Below are positions 39,041 to 52,496 of a stretch of 64,000 bases of DNA, one piece after another. Position 1 is the stretch's first letter, and the number at the start of each line of letters is the position of its first letter. Origin of the DNA: Octopus sinensis (Eukaryota); assembly GCF_006345805.1 (NCBI RefSeq), contig NC_043017.1:22692001-22756000 (forward strand), in the 5' to 3' direction. The position numbers were made by a program, and so were the translations under genes. Below the pieces are notes generated by a model. That model was not told where the DNA came from and made no database searches. It was given only the letters and a program-made list of their open reading frames with translations.

Positions 39041-39501
39041 CGTATTATTTAGTATGTATATTTTTATATTTCATTTTTATTGAGAATGACAAGATGAAAC
39101 TAGGAGAATGGGTGAAATTAATCAAATGTGACTATTAAACTACCTGAATATTCTGAAAATCATCAGAAGTAGACTTTCCCAGTAAAATCAAAAACAAAGA
39201 ACATATAAAAATCATGACATATGAGAAGGTATGGCTGTGTGGTGAGAAGCTTGCTTACTAACCACATGGTTCTGGGTTGAGTCCCACTGCATGGCACCTT
39301 GGGCAAGTGTCTTCTACTATAGATACAGGCCAACCAAAGAACACTAGAGAACTGTCACCCAATGTGTATAATTTGTGTAGGAGAATTGCTTGACTGACCA
39401 AGTGGAAAGAATGGGAAGAAGAGAAAACAAAACAACTACTATATATATATGTTCTTTATTATCATTATTAAAATTGCAAGTGGCAAGCTGGCATAAACGT
39501 T

Positions 39502-39834
39502 AGGCGCAGGAGTGGCTGTGTGGTAAGTAGCTTGCTTACCAAACACATGGTTCCGAGTTCAGTCCCACTGCATGATATCTTGGGTAAGTGTCTTCTACTA
39601 TAGCGTTGGACCGACCAAAGGCTTGTGAGTGGATTTGATAGACGGAAACTGAAAGAAGTCCGTCATGTGTGTGTTTGTCTCCGTAACTTAGTGGTTCAGC
39701 AAAAGAAACCGATAGAATAAGTACTAAGCTTACAAAGAATAAGTCCTGGGGTCGATTTGCTCGACTAAAGGTGGTGCTCCAGCATGGACGCAGTCAAATG
39801 ACTGAAACAAGTAAAAGGGTAAAGAGTAAAGAGA
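39502..39834 (+). mobile_element. SINE family A with shortened middle, followed by a B-related SINE fragment (about 39835-39975)
   Basis: Family A head and tail motifs, then GAGTTCAAATTCTGCCGAGGTCGACTTTGCC. Confidence 0.8.
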
Positions 39835-40240
39835 GTATGCCAAGCAAAATGCTAAGCAGTATTTCCTCTGTCTTTGCATTCTGAGTTCAAATTCTGCCGA
39901 GGTCGACTTTGCCTTTCATCTACCATTTGTGTACTGGGGTCGATCTAATCAACTGCCCCGCTCCCTCAAAAAGTTCGGACCCTTTGCCTAGAGTAAAAAA
40001 GATTATTATTAAAGCTACAAAATCATCAGAAAAACATCACATTAAATTGTTACTCAGAGTTTCATATTCCTCTTCATTGGACAGTTTAGATCTAAACTGT
40101 CCAATAAATGGGAAGGTGAAACTCTGAGTAGCAGTTTATTGTGGTAACTTTGCAGCTTTAATACTAAAGCATATTACTCTACTTCCGGTATTTGACTACT
40201 ATTCCCCCCCCCCCTTGTTTCACATTTATGTGCTTACTTT

Positions 40241-40272
<32 letters not shown>

Positions 40273-40277
<5 letters not shown>

Positions 40278-40455
40278 AGAGTTTACAAAAAAAACAAAAG
40301 ATGAAGACAGGTGGTGTACAAAACAAACAGATGTATTAGTATAACGCTCAGGAATAGAAAGAGTCTTTTACGTTTCAAGCCTATGCTCTTCTACAGAAAG
40401 GGACACAGAAAAAACAAGGAGAGAAACAAAGAGAGAAAAAAAGGAGAGAAAAAAT
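40273..40455 (-). mobile_element. Penelope-like (PLE) terminal-repeat fragment ending at (TA)n
   Basis: Reverse-complement homolog of 60500-60680; carries the CTG..GAAG...GAAACGT motif typical of PLE pseudo-LTRs. Confidence 0.65.
40365..40400 (-). ncRNA. Minimal type I hammerhead-ribozyme-like motif
   Basis: CTTT-CTGTAGA-A-GAGC-ATAG-GCTT-GAAA-CGT-A-AAAG: stem I, variant core, stem II, palindromic ACGT stem III, GUA triplet. Confidence 0.5.
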
Positions 40456-41804
40456 GAGATATATATATAATGCCTCTGTGTGTGTGTCCCACCACCACTT
40501 GACAACCAGTGTTGGTATGTTTATGTCACATAGTTTAGAGGCTCAGCAATGGAGACCGATAAAATAAGTACCAAACTAAAAAAAAAAAAGGAAAAAAAAG
40601 GACTCGGGTCAATTCATTTGACTAAAAATTCTTCAAGGTGGTGTTCCAGCATGGCCACAGTCTAATAGCTGAAACAAGTAGAAGATAAACAGTATGAAAG
40701 TTATGAAGATGTACTTGCATAACAAGTGACTTGATCTCAGATCATGTGCTAAAACAAAATCAAATGCAACGTTTAAAATCACACAAAAACCTTTAGATTC
40801 ATTTCAACATTTAAATTTAATTTGTCAAAATATTTTCATCACTTTGAAACCATGACCTGTTCACTGACAAAATTCTGTGCTGTATTTAATGGTTTTAGTA
40901 TGTTTTTAAATGGCTTATAAACACCTTCCACGCTGTAATATGAAAGTATTTTTTGTGAAAGTTAGCAACTTAACTACATCTTCAAGTCTGAAACTAATTT
41001 CCATAACATAAACCTATTGACTTATTAGTTACTCTTCAAATCACAACAATAACGTGTCTATAATTTTCATTTAACGACTCTACAGTTTTCATTGTTTTGG
41101 GGGGGTTTTTTTGCTTTTTTTCATTCTCTTTTGTATAGACATCAAATCACATGTTTACAGAGGTGGAAAATAGTAAATTGGTAGCAATCAAAGATAACTA
41201 AAAATTCCAAGCACCAGAGAATTGAGATTACTACAGAGTGTAACATGTGTGTGTATATATTTTAATATTCTGCTTGGGCATTGTGATACTAACAACCTAG
41301 TGTTAGAACTCAATGTACATAGGCTTCAGAGTGAAGCATCAGTCGACTGCAGAACAGTAATATGAAACTGGGATAACAAATGGATACTTCATGTTAAAAG
41401 CTCTGATGAAGCTAAAGGGTGATACTCAATTACTCAACTAAGTGCATTTCATCCTATAGCAGAAACAGCTGTAAGCTAATGAATTTCATAACATTAATTA
41501 TCTCTTTGTCATCCCAATTTCATATATATATATTATTTATCTATGCGCCCTTTTTGAGCCTAGCCAGGCTCATGGGCCTGGTTTCCCGGTTTCTATGGCG
41601 TATGTGTTCCCCCCAGCTGAACGGGACACCAGGAAGAAAGAGTGAGAGAAAGTTGGGACAAAAGAATGCAACAGGGGTCACCACCACCCCCTGCCAGAGC
41701 CTCATCGAGCTTTTAGGTGTTTTTGCTCAATAAATACACACAATGCCCAGTCTGGGAATCAAAACCGTGAGTCTGCTGCCCTAACCACTGGGCCATTGCA
41801 CCTC

Positions 41805-41842
<38 letters not shown>

Positions 41843-42523
41843 CATGCAAATAATGTGATGTGTGTATTGGAAAAGATTAACTTACTGCTAATATAATTAA
41901 TAAATGGAGCCTTAATGCTTTAACATTTAAACTGGCCGTATCTGACTCAAATATTCTAGCCATTTTACACTAAAACTGGCAAAATCCAGCCTCTCACACC
42001 TATCCTACGATATCATTTAAAAAACAATCTATAAGGGTGTGTGTGTGTGTATGTGTGTGTGTGTGTGTTGTGTGTGTGTGTGTGCGTGTGTGCATGTGTG
42101 TGTGTGTGCGTGCGTGCATGATATTTATTTAGTGGACATCTTTTTCTCCACTTAATTACCACCACAGTTTTAATAATTATAAGGTTAAGTCTCCTCAAAT
42201 TGCAAGTTATTTCATTGTTTTCATTGTATAGGTAATTATATACGTATATTGTATAGGTAATTATATAAGGTTTTGAGGGATACCTTAGTAAAGATTTCTG
42301 AAGTTACATGTAAGGACAAGCCTGATATCATTTTAAAAATTAGGTTACAAAATTTATAATTTTAGCTAAATCTATGTGACTACGCCAAATATGAAAACTG
42401 GAGGGGAAATGCAACTATCCTTTCTTTTAAGAGTTATTTTCTGGAAGAAATAGTCTTCATTATTTTTAATTTCTTAAATAATATTTAAACAAAAACTATT
42501 ACAGTAGTTCTATATTTTCTAAC

Positions 42524-42930
42524 GAGTGGCTGTGTGGTAAGTAGCTGGCTTACCAACCACATGGTTCCGGGTTCAGTCCCACTGCATGGCACCTTGGCAA
42601 GTGTCTTCTACTTTAGTCTTGAGCCGACCAAAGCCTTGTGAGTGGATTTGGTAGATGGAAACTGAAAGAAGCCCGTCGTATATATGTATGTATTTTTGTG
42701 TGTATTTGTGTGTCTGTGTTTGCCCCCCCCCCACACACACACACACACATCGCTAGACAATTAATGCTGGAGTGTTTACGTCCCCGTAAACTAGCGGTTC
42801 GGCAAAAGAGACCGATAGAATAAGTACTGGGCTTCCAAAGAATAAGTCCTGGGGTCGATTTGCACGACTAAAGGCGGTGCTCCAGCATGGCCGCAATCAA
42901 ATGACTGAAACAAGTAAAAGAGTAAAGAGA
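42524..42930 (+). mobile_element. SINE family A, full length
   Basis: Aligns to 36520-36912. Confidence 0.9.
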
Positions 42931-43344
42931 ATATTTTGCAATGTATTTCTGTTTTTTTATATCTTCCTTTAAAAAATTGTTGTGGAAGACCGCTTTAGAC
43001 TAACAAATCTATTTTCTAGATACAACTGTTTAGCTTTAAACTTTTCTGCTTTTCTTTGATTTAATCATCAATATTTCTGTCTACATATATTTATCTAAAT
43101 TAGTGTAGGAATTTTACGTGAACGGATGTGGAATTACACTTTAACGTATAGTTACTTCCCTTAGACGGCTTTAAAACTAGTTACTTCCCTTGCATTAAAA
43201 GTGTTACAGAATAAGTCCAGTTTTAAAATAAATGATGTCATTCGGTGAAACCAGAACTAAGTAAATTATGTAAAAATCGTTAAAGACAAGAAACAGAAGT
43301 TAAAACTCTATAAGCAAAGAATAATAGCAAATAATGAACTAAAC

Positions 43345-43480
43345 AGGCGCAGGAGTGGTTCCAACCACATGGTTCCGGGTTCAGTCCCACTGCAAGTGTC
43401 TTCTACTATAGCCTCGGGCCGACCAAAAGCCTTGTGAGTGGATTTGGTAGGTGGAAACTGAAAGAAGCCCGCCGTCTATA

Positions 43481-43516
<36 letters not shown>

Positions 43517-43731
43517 TGTGTGTATACGTTTGTGTGTCTGTGTTTGTCCCCCCAATATCGCATGATAACTGATGCTGGTGTGTTTACATCCCCGTAACTT
43601 AGCGGTTCGGCAAAAGTGACTGATAGAATAAGTACTAGGCTTACAAAGAATAAATCCTGGGGTCGATGTGCTCGACTAAAGGCGGTGCTCCAGCATGGCA
43701 GCTGTCAAATGACTAAAAAGAGTAAAAGAGT
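43345..43731 (+). mobile_element. SINE family A with two internal deletions in the head
   Basis: GGAGTGGTTCCAACCAC and CCCACTGCAAGTGTC junctions relative to other copies. Confidence 0.85.
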
Positions 43732-44060
43732 AAACGTATAGCACAAGATTTTATAAAATACAGGAATAATAATCACTGTCCTAATAGCCTGCAGCAGGAA
43801 AGGATTATATTATGAATACTGTATAATTATCTTTGAAGGGAAAATAGAAGTGTTTTTTAGGAAAACAAACGTAAAAGAGATAGGTAAAAATTGTAGTGAT
43901 ATTTAAATGGTGGAAGATAGCGCTCACTGAGGTAATAGAATATATATCAGTGTTAATTTGTTTTCAGTTCTTAAACATGTTTAATATGCCAGCTGAGGTC
44001 GTAGTCATTGCAATTAAAACTAAAGATTTTTTTAACGTGTGTATATGTGCGTGTGTGTAG

Positions 44061-44500
44061 GTGTGGTAAGAAGCTTTCTTCCCAACCACATGGTTCTGGG
44101 TTCAGTCCCACTGCTACCAAAATCTTGTGAGTGAATTTGGTAGACAAAAACTGCTAGAAGCCCATCGTCCATATATGTATGTGTATGTGTGTGTGTGTGT
44201 GTGTATGTGTGTGTGTGTGTGTAGAGAGAGAGATGTGGTTGTGTAGTAAGAAGCTTTCTTCCCAGCAACATGGTTCTGGATTCAGTTCCACTGCTACCAA
44301 AATCTTGTGAGTGAATTTGGTAGACAGAAACTGAAAGAAGCCTGTTGTGCATATATGTCTCTGTGTGTGTGTGCATGCGTGCGTGTGTGTGTGATTATGT
44401 TCCCATAACTTAGCAGTCTGGCAAGAGGGACAGATACAATAAGTACCAGGCTTTAAAATGTCCTGAGGGGGTCGAATCATTCAACTAAAAACTCTTCAAG
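44061..44500 (+). repeat. Two tandem ~180-bp SINE A heads sharing the same internal deletion, followed by a 3' half
   Basis: CCACTGCTACCAAAATCTTGTGAGTG at about 44108 and 44288. Confidence 0.85.
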
Positions 44501-45494
44501 GGGGTATCCCTGTATGGTCGCATTCTAGCTTCCACCCCTTCATTAGCTCTAACTGATGTTAAGTTTATGACATCCAAACATGACATCCCAATCGCTGTTG
44601 ACCGATTTCTAATGAAAAGAGTAACCATGAATGTAAGATAGTTGCCCTAGTAATTCATGCAAAAAGGTTAACTTGAAAAAATAAAACTTGCATAAATGCA
44701 AATTTACATTCTTATAATAAATGCTGTCTTGGCTTCTTGTATTTCTTTAAAAATTTTATCAAAATAACAAAAACTCGATCGTTTTTGTTTTTTTTTGTTA
44801 TCATTGATTAATTTGTTGTTTTTATCTTCAGCTATATTCAAATCCTTTAGATAATCTTTTTGAAATTCCATAATAATAGAAAAAAGATTTTTTTTTTATC
44901 AGAAGAAAAAATAAAATTGAAATCTAGCCATGTAAAAAGCACCTGTATTGGTGCCACTTAAAAAACATCCAGTACACTCTATAGCGGTTGCTGTTAGGAA
45001 GAGCACCCAGTCATAGAAACCAAGCCAAAACACATGTCTGTAACCTGGTGAGGCTACCCCGTTTGCGAGCTCTAGCCAAACAGTTGGACTCAGGGCCAGT
45101 ATGGAAAATGGACATTAAATTATGATATAGTGATGAGGATGATGAAATCTAATGATAAAATATGAGATTCACAAAGTTAATCTTAAATGGAGATCATATT
45201 TGTGTACCATAACTAACTTTCTTCAGAAGTCTTGGCAATCTAATCTTGATATAGATAAAACTAATGAGATCATACACAGATACATTATTCAATTAGCTAT
45301 TTCATAACCATTAACGATCAGCAATTGAGACTAATTACTGGTAGTAATAAGCTCACTCTACCATCTATTAACAAGATTATCATCATTGATTAGTAATACA
45401 TGAATCATAGAAAGCATATATTAATTAAAGTTAATGAGATGATGAAGCAAAGAGCAAACATCGCAGAGTCAATCATTAAGTGAATGTTGATATT

Positions 45495-45914
45495 TTTAAT
45501 TAACTTTCTTTTTATTTTCTTTTGCTTGTTTCAATCATTTGACTGCGGCCATGCTGGAGCACCGCCTTTAGTCGAGCAAATCGACCCCAGGACTTATTCT
45601 TTATAAACCCAGTACTTATTCTATTGGTCTCTTTTTGCCGAACCGCTAAGTGATGGGGACGTAAACACACCAGCATCGGTTGTCAAGCAATGCTAGGGGG
45701 ACAAACACAGACACACAAACACACACACATACATATATATATATGTATACATATATACGACAGGCTTCTTTCAGTTTCCGTCTACCAAATCCACTCACAA
45801 GGCATTGGTTGGCCCGGGGCTATAGCAGAAGACACTTGCCTAAGATGCCACGCAGTGAGACTGAAACCATGTGGCTGGTTAGCAAGCTACTTACCACACA
45901 GCCACTCCTGCGCC
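45495..45914 (-). mobile_element. SINE family A, full length, 10-bp TSD
   Basis: TGTTGATATT at 45485-45494 and 45915-45924. Confidence 0.9.
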
Positions 45915-46154
45915 TGTTGATATTAAAAAGAAATATCATATACCAGTGTGGACATTTCCTTGGAAATAATAAAACAAATATCATAAATTCAATAAAAAAG
46001 CACACACTTGGCTGTGTGGTAAGAAGTTTGGTTCCAAGCCACATAGTTCTGATTCAGTTCCAATATTCTTAAAGGAACGAAAAATTATCCAGCAACTGGG
46101 GCTAATACGAACAAGCCTGGTAGGTGCAAAAAAACTAACTGGTATCTCTTGTCA

Positions 46155-46358
46155 CGTCGGGCGAAATGCTTAGCGGTATTTCGGCTGCCGTTACGTTGTG
46201 AGTTCAAATTCCGCCGAGGTCGACTTTGCCTTTCATCCTTTCGGGGTCGATGAATTAAGTACCAGTTAAGCACTGGGGTCGATATAATCGACTTAATACC
46301 TATGTCTGTCCATGTTTGTCTCTTCTATGTTTAGCCCCTTGTGGGTAATAAAGAAATA
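46155..46358 (+). mobile_element. 5'-truncated SINE B with 14-bp TSD
   Basis: GGTATCTCTTGTCA at 46141-46154 and 46359-46372. Confidence 0.92.
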
Positions 46359-46804
46359 GGTATCTCTTGTCAAGATGTTTGTTGTGCACTCTGCTGTCGT
46401 TATTTGATTGCTGTTATTCTGTGCGTCTGTGTTTAAAGATCAGCTGTGTTTTGCAGGGTTGCTTTATTTTTACTCTTAACTTAGAAATGGAGAAAAGCAT
46501 AGTGCTAGAGATAAAAATTAAGCCATTTGTGGCTAGAAATATAGTGGGAAAACATGAAATTTTTTTGAGCTGGAATGTGTCTTATGCGAAATCTGTGATG
46601 AACCGGATTGATGAAATTTGTGATGAACCCGAGTGATGCTGATGACCTGGAGTCACCTCTGATATGTATATCTGTATGTATTTGTGTCAGCATTTGTCCC
46701 CCACCCCCACTTGACAACTGGTGTGGTTGTGTTTACATCCCCATAACTTAGCAATTTGGCAAAAGACACTGATAGAATAAGTTCTAGGATTTTTAAAAAA
46801 TAAC

Positions 46805-47200
46805 TTTTTTTTTCTTTTTTTACTTGTTTCAGTCATTTGACTGTGGCCATGCTGGAGCACCGCCTTTAGTCGAGCAAATCGATCCCAGGACTTATTTTTT
46901 ATAAGCCTAGTACTTATTCTATCGGTCTCTTTTGTCAAACCACTAAGTTACAGGGATGTAACACACCAGCATCAGTTGTCAAGCGAAGATGGGGGGACAA
47001 ACACAGACACACACAAACGTATACATACATGCATATATATATAGACGGCAGGCTTCTTTCAGTTTCCGTCTACCAAATCCATTCACAAGGCTTTGGTCGG
47101 CCTGAGGCTATAGTAGAAGACACTCGCCCAAGGTGGGACTGAACCCAGAACTATATGGTTCATAAGCAAGCTACTTACCACACAGCCACTCCTACACCTA
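46805..47200 (-). mobile_element. SINE family A, full length, adjacent to an inverted fragment at about 46710-46790
   Basis: Family A motifs in both orientations. Confidence 0.88.
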
Positions 47201-48339
47201 TTGAGGTCAATTAATTCAGCTAAAAAAAATTTCAATGTGGTGCCCCAGCATTGTCACAGTCTAAAGACTGAAACAAGTTGAAGGATAAAAGATAAATAAA
47301 TTATAGAATTGAACATTTGCATAATCTAAATTTGACTTTTGATTGAAGAAGTATTGACCAGAAAATATGAAAACGATTGTCGAAACCAACATAGTACCCA
47401 ATTATTAATTGGGTACCAATAAGACTATCACAACTTCAATAATAGCTGATATTTTGGTGCTGGAAAGGTTCTACAGTAAAAGTATTTGCCATATTTTTTA
47501 AACTTAAGTATCCCACCAACACTACACCTGATTTTCTCCCCTCCATACACACACAAGCATATGTCTGATTCATACACTGTTCGCTTTCCAGACATTTGTA
47601 CATTACTGCATATACTTTATCCACACTTTCTGACAAGTTGTGGTGCACCTGAGCACTGTATACAATAATTTCATTATTATATTATTATTATTATCAATAA
47701 AGTATGAAGCCAATCAAATTGATAACTTAAAAGTATAAAATTAGTCCAAATTATATGAAAGAATAGCAAATCCCTCCACATCATTTAATGCTCTAAAGTA
47801 TATCTTCAGGAAATTACATGTAGCTGTAAATAATTTTTGACTGCAAAAAAATTAGTGGAATCAATCAAATATGAAGAATTTTGGGCCACGTTAAAAGCAC
47901 CCTGTACACTCTATGGAGTGATTGGCATTAGGGAGGGCATCCAGCTGTAGAAACCATGCCAGAACAGAGAATAGAGTCTGGTGCAACCCCTGGTCTTACC
48001 AGCTATGGTCAAACCATCCAACCCAAGCCAACATGAAAATGGATGTTAAATGACGAGGGTGATGATGATGATGAAGTAGTGAGAATGGTATTATTTGTTT
48101 AATTCAAAGAACAACTTGACACTTTCTTTGACATTTGGATCAATATGCCTGCAATACTTTAGTTTCTAGTAAGAAAACTAGAGAATCAACTGACAGAAAA
48201 TTTCTGCATAAGATGTAACTTCTTATAAACAGTTCAATCATTTTCTAATGATATTATCATATCAAACTCTAATGATATTATCATATCAAACTCTGGGTTA
48301 TCATTTTATAATTCAATAACTACAACATCTCGAACAGTA

Positions 48340-48700
48340 GCCATTTAGAATTCAGATTATTCTATCAAATGTAACGCTTTTCATTCACATTGAATTAATC
48401 ATGCATCATCTTGTAGGTTCAGAATTTTGATGATGTGACTGTGTATTTTTAGAATGGTCACTTAGCGGTTCGGCAAAAGAGACCGATAAAATAAGTACTG
48501 GGCTTACAAAGAATAAGTCCTGGGGTCGATTTGCTCGACTAAAGGCGGTGCTCCAGCATGGCCGCAGTCAAATGACTGAAACAAGTAAAAGAGTAAAAAG
48601 AGAGAGTATTGAAGGGTAGGTGTGAGAGGCTTGATCTGGCTGGTTTAAAACAGGTAAAATATTTTGGCCGGATTTGGCAGGTTTAAATGCTAAAGGGTTA
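48340..48700. mobile_element. TTAA-family MITE split by a 5'-truncated SINE A (about 48459-48608)
   Basis: MITE halves ...TTTAGAATGGT and ATTGAAGGGTAGGTGTGAGAGG...AAATGCTAAAGGGTTAA flank the SINE 3' half. Confidence 0.8.
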
Positions 48701-49019
48701 AGACAATACCAATAATTAGGAATCTAAACAGACAATGAAGTCCAACACACTCTAGGCTCTTTTATAGAGCAGCATATAATTAATATTTGCGATTAATGAC
48801 ATGTTAATTAAGTTGTTGCTATTCAGCCCACAGGTCAGCCCTGGCTGAGCAGATCTGTGACTAAAAGCTTTCCGGCTGTGACTCTCCCATCTGTTATTCA
48901 CACATCATGTATCTGGCATTCTGTGTGTACATGTTCCCGTGTGTGTGTGGGTGTGTGTGTGCATGTGTGCACATGTGTCTGCATGTGTGTGTACATGTGT
49001 GCATTGCGTGTGCGTGTGC

Positions 49020-49290
49020 CTGTGTGTGTGCATGTGTTTGTGACAGTGTGCATGTGCCTGTGTGTGTGTGTGTGCATGTGTTTGTGACAGTGTGCATGTG
49101 CTTGTGTGTGTGTGTGTGCATGTGTTTGTGACAGTGTGCATGTGCCTGTGTGTGTGTGTGTACATGTGTTTGTGACAGTGTGCATGTGCTTGTGTGTGTG
49201 TGTGTGCATGTGTTTGTGACAGTGTGCATGTGCTTGTGTGTGTGTGTGTACATGTGTTTGTGACTGTGTGCATGTGCCTGTGTGTGTGTG
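49020..49290. repeat. 44-bp minisatellite, six units
   Basis: TGAC(A/T)G at 49041, 49085, 49129, 49173, 49217 and 49261. Confidence 0.95.
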
Positions 49291-49882
49291 TTGTGGTCAC
49301 TGCTTGACAATCAGAGTTGATTTATTTATATCCCTGTAACTTAGTGGTTCAGCAAAAACCAATGATAGACTGATAACTAAACTTAAAAATAAGTATCAGT
49401 GTCAACTAAGCTCTTTGAGGAGGTGCTCCAGCATGGCCAGAGTCCAGTGACTGAAACATGTAAAAGATAAAATAGAGAGTTTTTTTTTTCTTTTCTTTTC
49501 CTGCTCTAATATGTGGTGCTTCTGTAGGCATGAAGTTGTGGGTTCAATTCCTGGAAAAGGTAGTGAGTTGTGTTTTTGAGCATAGGGCTTATTTCTAATC
49601 CACTCAGCTGAAATAAATAACAGTGTGGTGCTTGTGCAGCCCTCTCTCCTAGCAGCTGACCCTTGCTGATTATTCCACCAGAGTCGAGGGTTCACAGCTG
49701 AAGGTAGAGAGGGTACCTATGCCTGTGCAGAACTACACTAGCACAGAAAACAATTTTAAAATAAGCATGGTACATTCTTCCAAGTCATCCTCGATTCAAA
49801 GCAGCTGTAATAGTAGAACATGGTAGCTGGATTGGAAGAGTTAATTCTCTTGCCCTTCCCACAATTGACGCTCTGTTGGTTA

Positions 49883-50281
49883 TTCTCTTTACTCTTTTAC
49901 TTGTTTCAGTCATTTGACTGCGGCCATGCTGGAGCACCGCCTTTAGTCGAGCAAATCGACCCTGGGACTTATTCTTTGTAAGCCTAGTGCTTATTCTATC
50001 GGTCTCTTTTGCCAAACCGCTAGGTGACGGGGACGTAAACACACCAGCATCGGTTGTCAAGCAATGCTAGGTGGACAAACACAGACACACAAACACACAC
50101 ACATACATATATATATATACATATATACGACAGGCTTCTTTCAGTTTCCATCTACCAAATCCACTCACAAAGCATTGGACAGCCTGGGGCTATAGCAGAA
50201 GACACTTGCCCAAGATGCCACACAATGGGACTGAACCCGGAACCATGTGGTTGGTAAGCAAGCTACTTACCACACAGCCAC
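49883..50281 (-). mobile_element. SINE family A, near full length
   Basis: Family A motifs; GGTTAT on both flanks. Confidence 0.88.
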
Positions 50282-50989
50282 GGTTATGATAACAAGGATT
50301 TCAGTTGATCTGATTGAAGGAACAGCCAGCTCATGGAATTAACATGCAAGTGGCTGAGCACTCCACAGACACGTGCATACACCTTAATGTAGTTCTCAGA
50401 GAGATTCAATGTGATACAGAATATGACAAGGCTGGCCCCTTTGAATTACAGGTACAACTAATTTTCGCCAGCTGAGTTGACTGAAGCAAAGTGGAATAAA
50501 GTGTCTTGCCCAAGGACATGATGCACCACCAGGAATCGAACTCACAATCTTATGATCTTGAACTGAATATCCTAACCCCTAAACCACATGCCTTCACCCC
50601 TTCGAGTCAGAGTGCTCCACCAATACACCATAAAGTCACAATTCTTTGTCGAAAGGAGAAACAATCCATCCGTTCAGTGACTGCTACTTCTCTTGTATAT
50701 ATGGTCAACAATATTTCCTTTTCCGTTTAGTCTTTAAGTAGCTTAGTTGCTGCTAAATTCAACAGTCAGTAACACCGGAGAAACAAATTACTGCTCAGCT
50801 ATAGTCCAAGTAACAATTTCACAAAAATGTCACCGAAACCATCAGTGATGCATCAAATAGTAAACTAGTTTACAGAACTAAGTGATGTAATGTGCAACTC
50901 CCTAAGCATCAGAGCTTGAAACTACATAAAAATCTGTTATTTTGGTATCAAAACAACACATTGTCCACATACATTATTCAGTATGTATA

Positions 50990-51630
50990 TCAGCATACGT
51001 ACACACACACCATAACACATACACACATGCAACATAACACACACCATAACACACATATTCATCATAACACACATATACATCATAATACACACACCATAAC
51101 ACACATATACATCATAATACACACACCATAACACACATATACATCATAATACACACACCATAACACACATATACATAACACACATATACATCATAATACA
51201 ACACCATAACACACACATATACATCATAACCACATATACATCATAACACACACACCATAACACACATATACATCATAACACACACACCATAACACACATA
51301 TACATCATAATACACACACCATAACACACATATACATCATAACACACACACCATAACACACATATACATCATAATACACACACCATAACACACATATACA
51401 TCATAACACACACACCATAACACACATATACATCATAACACACACACCATAACACACATATATATCATAACACACACACCATAATACACATATACATCAT
51501 AACACACATATACATCATAACACACACACCATAACACACATATACAACATAATACATACACATATACACCATAGCACAAACCCACATACACACACACACA
51601 TGCATACACGTATATATACACCATAAAACA
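50990..51630. repeat. ~32-bp minisatellite (ACACACCATAACACACATATACATCATAA-like)
   Basis: CCATAAC at 51094, 51126, 51158 and onward. Confidence 0.92.
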
Positions 51631-52124
51631 CATATGTAAAGAATCTATAAGTAATTTCAACAGATATTCAGTTTATATAGAAATCTTCAGGTCATTTACT
51701 AATGCCAAAACCATAATTCTACAAATGTAACTGTCAGTATTATATCATAACTTCCTTTGAATAATAATAATAATAATAAAAAAAAAAAAATTGTTCACTA
51801 GATTGGTTTTATTTGCTGTTCTAACCAAATCAATCAAGCATGGCATTAAAAGTATTTATTATATTCAATGGTCGTTTGTTTGTTTTTAACATTTTATGAG
51901 CTAAAGAAGTCAGATATGTATTTGCAACATCAGCTCCCTTTTGATCTATTTCTTTCGCAAGGAAACAAACATTTGAGGCTACCATCCGTGAACTCTTGTT
52001 ATTTAAAAACTCTTGCTTGGTACATCAAAGACAAAGCAATGAAAACTAAATGAAAAAAAATAAATATGGGATATATCCAGTTCATTACTTGGTAGTAAGA
52101 TTATACCGCAAACAACAACAGTAT

Positions 52125-52260
52125 GTAATAATAAAAATAATAATTATCATTATTTTTATTATTATCATTATTATTATCATTATTATTATTATCATTATCA
52201 TTATTATTATCATCATTATTATTATTATCATTATTATTATCATTATTATTATTATTATCA

Positions 52261-52292
<32 letters not shown>
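52125..52292. repeat. (ATT)n / (ATC) trinucleotide microsatellite
   Basis: Direct reading; source of the poly-Ile ORFs. Confidence 0.95.
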
Positions 52293-52446
52293 GCTGGCAT
52301 TAAGCTTATAAATACAAACACCGGTTTGTGAACAGGTTTAACACCTCCACGAACCTGATACCCACTCTTGCATAAAAGAATAGATGTAATAATAACCGAC
52401 ATACTTGAAAGTGGTTGGATGCTAAAAATGGTATCTCCTAAGATAG

Positions 52447-52496
52447 GAAGGCAGCTGATGAGGATCGTGAAAATTTGCTGGCAGCAATAAAGGTCT
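52447..52496 (+). CDS. Candidate exon (R)KAADEDRENLLAAIKV
   Basis: Consensus donor TCT/GTAAGT, weaker acceptor atctcctaagatAG; phase 2 to 1. Confidence 0.22.
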
